64,000 nt of DNA from Nemertoderma westbladi. Lineage: Eukaryota > Animalia > Xenacoelomorpha. How positions within the stretch are numbered: the stretch's first letter is position 1; each line of letters starts with the position of its first letter. Shown piece after piece: positions 48,001-57,745 of this stretch. The DNA is taken from the NCBI GenBank assembly GCA_032718475.1, contig JAUCBJ010008864.1, positions 62,001-126,000 of the forward strand, written 5' to 3'. The notes under the pieces are model-generated. The model saw only the letters and a program-made list of their open reading frames with translations, ran no database searches and was not told where the DNA came from. The position numbers and the translations under genes were made by a program.

Positions 48001-48651
48001 GTTTTCCCTGAACCTGATCAATACGCCGATGAGTGTACTATATATGTTGGGTCCCGTGTAAAGCTGACTGTTTAGGGATTCGCCCGGGTACATAGCGGCG
48101 CCATCATTTACCACTCGGATTTTCCCACCCTTCCGGGCTTCTACCACATAGTGGGTTGGGAGATAATATGTTCTTTTACCACCTTGCAGTTCATTCCGTG
48201 GTACCATTTCTGCTAATCCATCGTCGAGATATCCTTGGATTACGGTATTATATTTCTCCTTTATCTCAGGTTGGTCATTCAGCCGGCGTAGAATCCCCTT
48301 AAGTCGCCTAAGTGCCATGCTGGCGTTGTTTGCCATTGGTTTGTTTGGGTCCTTCCATAACATAGGTGAACACCAGTGTCCGTCTTTGAACGTGGCCTGG
48401 TCGAGAACGTCCATACAATATTGATCCTCTTCGGACGGGTTTTCGTCCTTTTCAGCGAACTCCTGGGTCTCTAGATTAAAATATTTCGTCATCTCTTGTT
48501 GGGTTTTCTCGGTCTCCAGAAACAAATCCTCGTCAAGGTCCGTAGCTGAGCAATAACCCACGGAGGTTGCATTCTCTTTAATCTGACATTTGGGAAGGTA
48601 GGTATAGGTGTCAGTAGTTTCTTCCTTAATGCCGCAGAGTGTCCATCCCAT
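45017..48651 (-). pseudogene. pol: BEL-2 pol: RT, RNase H and integrase, with premature stops (47332, 45731) and a frameshift (~47150)
   Basis: DIKAMFHQ, FGAKDSP, FYVDDG; LHTFSDAS; WVDSSIVL, ENPADLSSRG; HH..CFIC; GVDCFGPF, SDNGTNF, VWE; RPIQRLCLLE. Confidence 0.93.
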
Positions 48652-48657
48652 TATTGT

Positions 48658-51258
48658 TCATTCAGCATAAAATCCGTCATCCTGTTTTATAGATCGGGCG
48701 ATATCTCCGGTGGGGATGTGTAGTTCCGGTGTATCAAGTCCGATCAGTAGGGTGATGCGGTTTACGTCCAACTGCGGACACCTCAGATCTACATCGTCTC
48801 GGTCTAATTGTATGAGGGGGGCGTACTCGGCCGATTGTCGGAACCGCACTCGGAGGTCTGTGTGTACCAAGGCGTTCTTGATGGTTAACTTAACCGTTTC
48901 GTAGCCCTTCATCACTCCTTCCATCTGGAGTTGCACCTCCCCGGACTCTACCTCTCTGTTATCGGTGATGGTTTGTATGGGCCGTTTACAAGGTTCATAT
49001 TCTAGGCCGAGTTGCTCGAGGAAATCCCGGTCGATGATGGTTCCGTCAGACCCGTTATCAAGGAACGCGAGCGTCGTCAGGGATTTGCCAACTCCTTGAA
49101 TCCTTACTGGGATTACCTTTGCGAAGACCATGTAGCGGCGATTTATAAGATTAATCGTGGCTGAAATATTTGTTACTTGTGGTGTATCGGTGGAGATTTT
49201 AAACGGGTTGGTTTCTCTCCGTTGGGTTGTCCGGGTTCCTTTGAAAACGTGGTTCGTTTCTCCTCTTCGCTTGGCTTCGATCCGAAAGGGGAGGGTAGTG
49301 AAATCGAAGTTCGCGGGGATGTGGAGGAGCGTGTGATGACGTTGGTCGTTACAGACGGCACAGCACGATCTTTGGTCGCAATCCTGAACATAGTGACCTG
49401 TTCCAAGACACCGGAAGCATCCTCGGTGTTTCATTATCGCCTCGAAGCGTGGGACGAGTTCGGCGAACTGAAACTTCCTGCAGAATTCCACTTTATGTTT
49501 CTCTCCACAGAAGAGACAGAGGAGGGAGTTTGTGATGCCTTCCCTCTCGGGTGCCCAATTCGCAAGGTAACACGCCCATTCCTTGGCGGATGTCGGTTCC
49601 TCGTAGTCTTCGTCGTCGGAATCCTTGGCCATGGTGATGGCCATCGTACTCACCGGTGGGGGGCGGAATCTCGGTTTCGGAGGGGGTATCTTACTCCTGG
49701 AGTTGCTCTCTATTCCGTCCAACTTGGTGAGACTCTGTTTTGAAAACATCGAGTCATTCATGGCTTCGGAGATATCGTCCAGGAATGCCGACATTTCAAG
49801 GAAGCTAGGATCTCGATCTGGATGTCTGCGCCGGAGATCTACGCATTTATAAGCCCACTTACTTTGTAGCCATCCGGGGAACTTCCGGGCGATCTGTCGG
49901 AGGTTTAGAATGTTGTTCACCTGGTCCTCCTTATTTAAGGGTTTCAGAGTATAGTAGGCATCCTTCATAGAGTCGGAGAATTCCTGGATGTTCTGTGGGT
50001 CCCCTAGTGATCCCGCGTCCTGTATCAGTCTCTCTAGAGTTTTATTAATTATAGTTCCGGTATTTCCGTATCTTTTATCTAGAGTTTTCCATGCGTCATA
50101 GTATGCCTCATGAGAACCTCCCTCAAAACATGCAATAATTCTGCGTGGTTTGTCACCCAGGTATGGCGATAAATATACCAATTTCTGTGCGTCGGCTATG
50201 TCCGTTGATCCAATCTGCGCAAAGAACCGTTTCTTGAATCTGAGGTAATCGACGGGATCTCCTTCGAAGGTGCGGATCTCCATCTTAGGCATGGCAAGGC
50301 GGTTTTCCAACGCCCGGATAATACCGACGTCGTCCGAACTGGAGTGACTCGGAGGGTTATAGTTATTGGCACTCACTCCCATACTCGATGGATCAATGAT
50401 AGGTGGAGTTTTAATAATGACGCGACTACGGGTTTGTGGTGTGGATGTAAATGGGTTGTTGGATCGGGGAGTGGCGTCCCGTTCCGAGTCCCTTTCAGGC
50501 TCGTACTTGCGTACACTCGTTGTCGTGGGGTTGGATGGGAAACACGGTTCCTCATTTTTCAGCGTAACCGGTGGGGGATGGAACACCGGTGCTTGTGCCG
50601 ATAACGTAGACTGTATGGTAGGTGGGATCTCGGGTTTCGGAAGTTTCGCCGCTGTTGGTGTAAATGACTTCTCTAATTCCGGTACCGGGATTGGTTCATA
50701 TTCCTGATCTATATCCCTTTCCCAGTCCTCGTAGAGTTGAATATCTCGTTCTATAAGTGCGGCTTCGTACTCTGCGAGTTTCGCGATATCCGCATTCTTT
50801 TTGTGTATGAGAATCGCTTGGGCCTCGGCGTGTTGTTTACGCATTTCAGCTTCCCATTTGCGTTGTTCGATCTCTTGTTGGGCCTCTCGTCCCCGTTGTT
50901 CAGCTTCCTGTTCACGTTGTTCGGCTTGCCGTTGGGCCTCTTTTCTACGTTGTTCAGCTTCCTGTTCACGTTGTTCGGCTTGCAGTTGGGCCTCTCGTCT
51001 ACGTTGTTCAGCTTCCTGTTCACGTTGTTCGGCTTGCAGTTGGGCCTCTCGTCTATGTTGTTCAGCTTCCTGTTCACGTTGTTCAGCCTGCCGTTTGGCC
51101 GCTTGTTCGGCCTCTTGTTTTTGCATTTCGGCGGCTAATACATCTTGCTCGGTTTGCAGTTGAACGTACTCATCTTCCATCCGGGCTTTAAGGGCTAATG
51201 CCTTCTGTTCTCGTAGCTGATCTCGGAGTGGCGGCCCCCCTTGAGAACTGCGCGCTAA
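48658..51258 (-). CDS. gag: BEL-2 Gag plus protease (N-terminus truncated; the in-frame TGA at 48658 is a probable mutation)
   Basis: PKMEIRTFEGDPVDYLRF; CLFCGEKHKVEFC, CFRCLGTGHYVQDC, CAVCNDQRHHTLLH; AFLDNGSDGT. Element-like sequence ends ~51258. Confidence 0.9.
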   Translation of the reverse strand, partial: LARSSQGGPPLRDQLREQKALALKARMEDEYVQLQTEQDVLAAEMQKQEAEQAAKRQAEQREQEAEQHRREAQLQAEQREQEAEQRRREAQLQAEQREQEAEQRRKEAQRQAEQREQEAEQRGREAQQEIEQRKWEAEMRKQHAEAQAILIHKKNADIAKLAEYEAALIERDIQLYEDWERDIDQEYEPIPVPELEKSFTPTAAKLPKPEIPPTIQSTLSAQAPVFHPPPVTLKNEEPCFPSNPTTTSVRKYEPERDSERDATPRSNNPFTSTPQTRSRVIIKTPPIIDPSSMGVSANNYNPPSHSSSDDVGIIRALENRLAMPKMEIRTFEGDPVDYLRFKKRFFAQIGSTDIADAQKLVYLSPYLGDKPRRIIACFEGGSHEAYYDAWKTLDKRYGNTGTIINKTLERLIQDAGSLGDPQNIQEFSDSMKDAYYTLKPLNKEDQVNNILNLRQIARKFPGWLQSKWAYKCVDLRRRHPDRDPSFLEMSAFLDDISEAMNDSMFSKQSLTKLDGIESNSRSKIPPPKPRFRPPPVSTMAITMAKDSDDEDYEEPTSAKEWACYLANWAPEREGITNSLLCLFCGEKHKVEFCRKFQFAELVPRFEAIMKHRGCFRCLGTGHYVQDCDQRSCCAVCNDQRHHTLLHIPANFDFTTLPFRIEAKRRGETNHVFKGTRTTQRRETNPFKISTDTPQVTNISATINLINRRYMVFAKVIPVRIQGVGKSLTTLAFLDNGSDGTIIDRDFLEQLGLEYEPCKRPIQTITDNREVESGEVQLQMEGVMKGYETVKLTIKNALVHTDLRVRFRQSAEYAPLIQLDRDDVDLRCPQLDVNRITLLIGLDTPELHIPTGDIARSIKQDDGFYAE

Positions 51259-51867
51259 ACAAAAATTCAATTTTATTTTTGTAGTATACTGTGTTTGCAT
51301 ATGCTTGAGTGTGCCATTGTACCCCACATTCGTTACCGGTACAAGCAATCCAACCCCAACAACCTCAAATAATTTAGTTTGATAATGATTGGAAATTAGG
51401 TTCCCATTAAGAATTGACCAATTGGAGTTCTGTACCGGTCACATTCAGTCCTAAAGTATTTACTATGCCTAAGTCTCAACTGTGTTGCAGAATCGGCTGG
51501 TAATGCACCATAATGATGGATTGCGGAGATTCCTATATTCCTCATGTTTCGATAATTTTTTCCATCCGAAGGGGAGTGAGGGGGGGGGGGGGGGGGGGGG
51601 GGTGGGGGTTGGGAATGACAACTACAATTTGTACCGGAGTCTCAGTAATAATACATTCCTAATTGGAATTGAGGTACATAAAGACTTTACTCGTTGTGTG
51701 TATGCAGTACGAATTCACACAATATTATGACATAGATATAATTCAATACATATCTTAATTACAACAATTTTGTACTGCAATTTGTTGTGTCCGTTGATTA
51801 GAAAATTTGAAAGGTTAGAGATCACAGATAGGCGGCCTGCCACGTTCACACCTATGCAGATATATGA

Positions 51868-52052
51868 CTTGGTGGGAAGAAACATTTTTTTTAAACATTC
51901 AGTAAGGGCGGCGTTGAGTGAGGTGAATTCGCCGCCCCTCCAAAGGACGGAGTCTACATACTGGGTGGGAAGAAACATTTTTTAAAAACATTCAGTAAGG
52001 GCGGCGTTGAGTGAGGTGAATTTGCCGCCCCTCCAAAGGATGGAGTCTACAT
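51868..52052 (+). repeat. ~93-bp tandem duplication
   Basis: ggtgggaagaaacattttt...cagtaagggcggcgttgagtgaggtgaatt...ggagtctacata occurs twice. Confidence 0.85.
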
Positions 52053-53869
52053 ATAGGACGCATAGTTACTGCGAAAACGGTGCCCCCCTCCCCCCCATTC
52101 GTCCTATTTCCTGAGGTACGATTTTCTTGATTTTTGGAGGGAGGACGCGGAAGACCAAAAAAATAAGATTCTTCAGAGCTTTTAGCGAATCTATCGTTTT
52201 GACGGACAATTGTCTGTTTTTTTTGTCTTTTTTTCACTAGGACTCTTAGAAAAAGTCTAGTATATGCATCGATGGACACCGGGAATCGAAGGAGGGGGTA
52301 TAAATTAGACGATTCCATTTCTTGGAATACCGCATCTCCAGGCTTGTTTTCCGTCTATTGTCCGTCAAAGTAGAAAAAGCGGATAAAGTGACATTGCCGG
52401 ATCCATAATAACTCGGCTACTATTTATCATACGGGAACAAAAGTACCGCGATTGCAACGAAGAGGAGTGTATCTACCTTTGTATCGATTTATTAAAATTT
52501 CGGGTGGAAAAAGGTGCCGAAAATTTGTATGTTTTTTGTCTGTCTTTTTTCGAAATTTTATTTCCGAAATGTTTAATTTGACAATGCGGGTACGAATCCA
52601 CTAATTCTTTTTTGAAACTCGTAGAAGACCATTGGGGCTACGTTTCTATCGAATGGGGGTACAAAAAATATGTCTGCAAAAGGGGCCAAAAAGGGCCCCA
52701 GAATATGTAAAATACTTTTTATCGAATAACTTTTTATTTTTGACTTTTGTTGGTTAAGGTACATTCTATAGGGTCAATATCGATACGGGGAATTCAAATA
52801 TGCTATCGGTTTTGCTCCGCTGACGCTATTAAAAAAATGAGGGCCAAAATTTAAATTGCGAGCATCAAACTCGCTTCGCGGAATCGTCTAGCTCGAAAAC
52901 TACTTAATTTACGGGAGATTTGTTTACACAGATTTATAGTGCGTTAAATTATCTATCTAACAGCGTTAGTTACAGCGCCGTAGCTTTTATACAACTGGAG
53001 CGGCAGACGATAGTGTGAAATATAATATTTATAAAAAAGGGACGAAAATTTTTTTTATTAATAAATCGCTACTCAAACTAGCTGTAAAATGTAGCAAATT
53101 AACTCCGCTATTTTTTTTCTTAACATTTATAATTAAAATTACGAATTTTAAGGGTCGAAAAATATCGCATAATTTTGGCCCTTTTTTTCATTATTTTTTT
53201 TGGGCCAAAAATGACCCCCTCTCAAAAGATAGAAAAAAAATTACGGCAAAGAATATACCAATTTTAGTGAATTTGGACCACCAGAACCGAAGTTAGAGCG
53301 ATTTTAGTGAAAAAATCAAAATAATTTTTTTTTTGCCAAAAATTAAGAATGGTCAATATTGGATTTCGCACCCGCGAACTTAGGTATCGTTAACGTGATT
53401 GATAACCACTAGACTACGTGACCAAGAGAATTTGAAATTTTCGAGTGACTATTTTTAAACATCAATAACTTCGGTTCTACTGGGCTGTTTGATCTGAAAC
53501 TTTTTTCATTGGATAGAGGATAGATTGTAGTGTGTGAAATAGGATACAAACTTGGGAAAAGACGCATGTGCACTTAGTGCAAAATGCACTTAAAAAGTGC
53601 ACATTTTTCTATATTTCAAACACAATTATTTCCAGTTCTATTTTTTTGGATTAAAATGTCGTCTGGAGTGATTTCTAATTATAATCTTAACATTTGTTTA
53701 ACTTTTTATGTCTATAAAGTGACTTAAAATGTCCATGAATATGGTCCAAAATCGCAAATGTCGAGATTTATTAAATTGTATTTTTGACACTTTTAGTAAC
53801 TGACACTTGATCATACACCATCGTAGATCGTTAGAGGATAAAGTTAAGTGTGTTAAATAGGAACCATCT

Positions 53870-55240
53870 TTAGGCTCCGCTAAAGTGCACTTGTACAAAT
53901 AAGTGTGCAAACGTGCAAATTTTTAATGATATCAAAAAGTATAGTATTGGGTTCTTTTCGTTGCAGATACTTTATTTTCATATTATTATGTTGTTTGGAC
54001 CTTAATGAGCGCATCCTGGATAGGTGTATAAATAACCGGTCCGATTAAGGGTTTCATTGGGTAAATTAATAAAACATAAGGTTGTAATATTATAAAAAAC
54101 CAGTATGATATTAAATGCACTTTAAACAATCAATAGAGATCAAATAACAAATGAACCACACAATTAAAAACTCGCACAATTTCGGACTTAATATATTGCT
54201 TCAAATTTATTCAACAGTGGATATTTGGGGGAAGTAAGCTGAACTGCATTTATGCAGTGAATAAAACTTCCCCCTTTGTGATATAATATACCAAAGGCAC
54301 ACTCTTTGGAGGACTTGTTGTTTACTATGTAGGCTTTGTTCAACCTAAACAACGTCAGTCAGATTAACAATATACTGTAAATTTTCTAAATGACGGTGAG
54401 TGGTATAAATAAAATGCTGAACTTCGAACTATGGTTCTGGAATTGTCTTTTAATACAGCAACATCTATAGTGATTTACCCATAAATGAAATCTAGAATCC
54501 ATTGTTACAGTATAATGGTAACAATAACCAGATATTCTATGTAGATCATAACAGAAACTCCTTATTGATTCACTATTATAATTTCAGAGCTGAAATGTTT
54601 CGTGGACTATAACTCACAGACAACATATCGTGTACAAACGACCTAGTAGTGCATATTTATTTTCGTGGGTTATGTAGGGGAAGGTTCCACTTCGAGGAAA
54701 ATAATATGTCGTTAACAAGTAATATAAAAATAACGTGTCCAGCTGTCCTCCCCTCCCTGCCACTCGACCAGTGCCTTTCTTCCCTCCTCCATTTAGGATC
54801 AGCTAAAGTGCACTTGTACAAATAAGTGTGCAAAAGTGCAAAATTTTTAATAAGGTCAAATAGTTCAATAATGTCAAATAGCTCAATACATTGTTTTTTG
54901 TGATTTCTAACTGTATTCTTGACATGTGTGTAACATGAAAGATATTTACGAAAAGGTACAACAGACATCAAATATGGCAAAAAGCAGATGTGATATTCAC
55001 TTCCATCCAATCCAATTCACTTTGAACAATAAATAGAGATCAAATAACACATGGACCACACAATTTAAAACTCACACAATATTGAACTTATTATATCGCT
55101 TCAAATTAAATTAAAATTGGATATTTGGCGAAAGGGGGAAGTTAGAATAACTGCATTTATGTGACAGTGTGCATTCGGGGGAAATTTGGTGAACTGCATT
55201 TATGCAGTGAATCCAAACTTTCCCCTTTGAGATATCATAT
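53870..55240 (+). repeat. Diverged direct duplication (~0.9-kb offset)
   Basis: ctaaagtgcacttgtacaaataagtgtgc at ~53880/54802; aatagagatcaaataaca at ~54132/55032; gaactgcatttatgcagtgaat at 54241/55191. Confidence 0.7.
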
Positions 55241-56659
55241 ACGTAAGACATGCTATAGGGTGTCGGGGAAATATTTATTACTGTCACACTTTGCTTCCAT
55301 TTATCCTATCCTATATTATTACTCCAATCAGATACGAGATACTAATCAGTATTTAGAACTCTAAACTGTCTTTCATGCCAACAAAATTCTAACTAAAGAC
55401 GGGTGAATGACCAGACCATGCTGCCATGACCATGGAAATAATGTTAAATATAATTATATTTCAAATATTTTGGAAGGCTTCCAAGTTAAACCCCAAAACA
55501 ATTATTTCATTACATTTAGTAAATAACATTGCATGTTCTTCTTCCTCTCATAATAAAATATAATAATGAAATATATCTGATTGCAGAAACATTTCACAAC
55601 CAAAATGTTTCAGTGTGAGATGTGTACCACACGCCCGCCCAAACAGCCGCAAACGCATCGCCAACAAATTTAACACAAGGTTACATACATGTTGGGTTAA
55701 TGACAAGTGAAAATTGATCGTGTAATATAAACTAAATTAGGTAAATTTGGCTCTCCTCCACTTCCTTACCTGTGTACCCGATATAATGTTGTTGTTAATT
55801 GGGGCGGGTTTCTCTCGTTCCGGTTTCTAATTCTTATGACATGTTGTAGTTTCAATCAATATATTGGAATGGTCCTGTGGGTCCAAATTTCACACAATTC
55901 GTAAAACAGCTTTAATTATCAGCCGTTGAACTGTGACAGAAGTTAATTAAGTAAAACATTACAATTATATACTGTTAGGCCTATTTTTATATAACCAATC
56001 CAGCAACCGTATCGGACATTCCAAGATCCAAATTACTATCCTTTAATACAACACGGTTTATTTTTTTAGACATTTACATAAAATACTTTTCACGAATATT
56101 CACCTGTATTTTATGGGTGTAGAAGGTGTTTAAATTAAGTTTTTCATACTCAAAACAACGTAATTCTTTATTTAGTTGTGACACCCGACGATAAAAATAA
56201 TCAACTATATTTTCTAACTGAATAGTATAACTATATTAATATAAGGTAAATAAATATAAACGTCTCTAAATTAAAAAATAATTCATTATTAAAAGTCGAA
56301 TTACAACTTATTTTTTACAATATACACCCCAAACGGGGTAATCATATTATAAGTATATATAAATAAATGATAGTTTAAAAAAATGCAAGAAATAATATTT
56401 TAAAAATACCTGCACGGGGTGATTCTTATAAGGTATTGTAATAGAAGAAGCTCAATGTCCCTGCTGCCCTATACACTGATACAACATTCATTATCAGCAG
56501 CAACCCATTTACTGCCTGACTGACTGCCTACTGCAATTTTATTTTAATTATTAATTGAAAACTGAATAATAAACTGATAAACTGATAATAAACAGTGGAT
56601 CTAACTGCTCTCACACAATTTATTAGATAGAGTCAACAACAATACCTAAAAATCCGACA

Positions 56660-57745
56660 ATGTCTCGGCGTCAGTCGCAGGCTGCTCGAGTCGATATGTC
56701 GAAGCTGTTCAGCTGTGACTCCTGTGCAGCTCTGTTCGCTGAAAAAAAGAACTTCGACGAACATTCGAGGAACTGTGGGTCGCAGGAGCCAAGTATTTCG
56801 AACTGCCCACACTGCAAAAAGAAGGTCTCAAACTCCAACTGTCTTGCATGTGATATCTGCAACTCGTGGATTCACGGAGCGTGCCTTGAACTGTCGGCCG
56901 CTGACGTGCAAATTCAAAGCAAATGCAAGAACTGCCGGATCGTCTGTAATGTCTGTGATGGTAAGGGTCCACTAACTATCGGTGGTTTGGGCTCCAATTG
57001 GTCGTTCCCAACCCCCGAAGCCGATGAGTTTATATCCCGCCTAGAAACGTCCTTAAAGTCTACAGTGTCGGACCTCGGTGCAAAGATCAACCATCTGTTC
57101 GAGGATGCTACCGCACAGAACGCAAGCCCCTCGGTCCAATCCGGGACCTGGAGCAGCGTGAGGGGTCGGAAATCGCGATCACACAATTCTCAGTTGCAAC
57201 CGCAAACGCAAACAATGACAGTGCACGATGTAACAAAGGAGGTAGCTGACCAACAAAGGCGTTCCGAAAACATCGTTATAAAGGGTCTGGTACTTCCAGA
57301 TAACGAAGCTGAAGATATCACCGCCATTTCAGCTTTTCTATCTGGCGTTTTCGGTCTCAATAACTCCGTGGACCGGGTTCTTTTCAGACGGCCTAAATCC
57401 AATGAAGACAACAAACCTTCAATGGTGATTGCCAAGCTCTGCTCCGCCACGGCTAAGGCATCGATCATTAAGGAGAAAAAGAAACTCGCAAACTCCCCTG
57501 AGTACTCCTCGGTCTTTGTCTCTCCGGACCTTACGCGTTTGCAGGCGGAGCAGGATTACCAGCGCCGAAAGTCGCTCCGGGAGTCCCGCAACAAACGCAG
57601 TCGCAACTCAAACGAGTTATCATCTACGGACAATAGTTCTACAACCCCAGCATCTCCCGCAGCGATCCCCACTGCTCAACAGTATAACCAGGACTCTGCT
57701 CGCGCCTCGAGGCCGGTTTCCAGTGATCAGCAGGGAAACCAGTAA
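56660..57745 (+). CDS. CR1 ORF1p: C2HC finger, PHD finger and RRM-like C-terminal domain
   Basis: CDSC..FDEHSRNC; CPHC..CLACDICNSWIHGAC..CNVC; RRSENIVIKGL..VFVSPDLT. Confidence 0.88.
   Translation: MSRRQSQAARVDMSKLFSCDSCAALFAEKKNFDEHSRNCGSQEPSISNCPHCKKKVSNSNCLACDICNSWIHGACLELSAADVQIQSKCKNCRIVCNVCDGKGPLTIGGLGSNWSFPTPEADEFISRLETSLKSTVSDLGAKINHLFEDATAQNASPSVQSGTWSSVRGRKSRSHNSQLQPQTQTMTVHDVTKEVADQQRRSENIVIKGLVLPDNEAEDITAISAFLSGVFGLNNSVDRVLFRRPKSNEDNKPSMVIAKLCSATAKASIIKEKKKLANSPEYSSVFVSPDLTRLQAEQDYQRRKSLRESRNKRSRNSNELSSTDNSSTTPASPAAIPTAQQYNQDSARASRPVSSDQQGNQ

Larger units (their letters stand above)
39386..51258 (-). mobile_element. BEL/Pao LTR retrotransposon (BEL-2), 5'-truncated, with an exonuclease-bearing extra ORF
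   Basis: Full Gag-PR-RT-RH-IN order on the minus strand, then ORF3 and a 3' repeat array. No 5' LTR; lower boundary uncertain. Confidence 0.85.

Noticed and set aside
45059-51163. Numerous plus-strand ORFs opposite BEL-2 (and similar antisense ORFs over the LINEs)
   Set aside because: Shadow ORFs of the coding strand with no recognisable motifs.
51259-51348. N-terminus of the 896-aa Gag ORF as given in the ORF track
   Set aside because: Composition switches to AT-rich flank at ~51258 and the start is not an ATG. This is chance read-through beyond the truncation point.
52050-53700. Possible non-autonomous DNA transposon body
   Set aside because: Looks repeat-like, but I found no matching TIR pair, TSD or coding remnant in the window.
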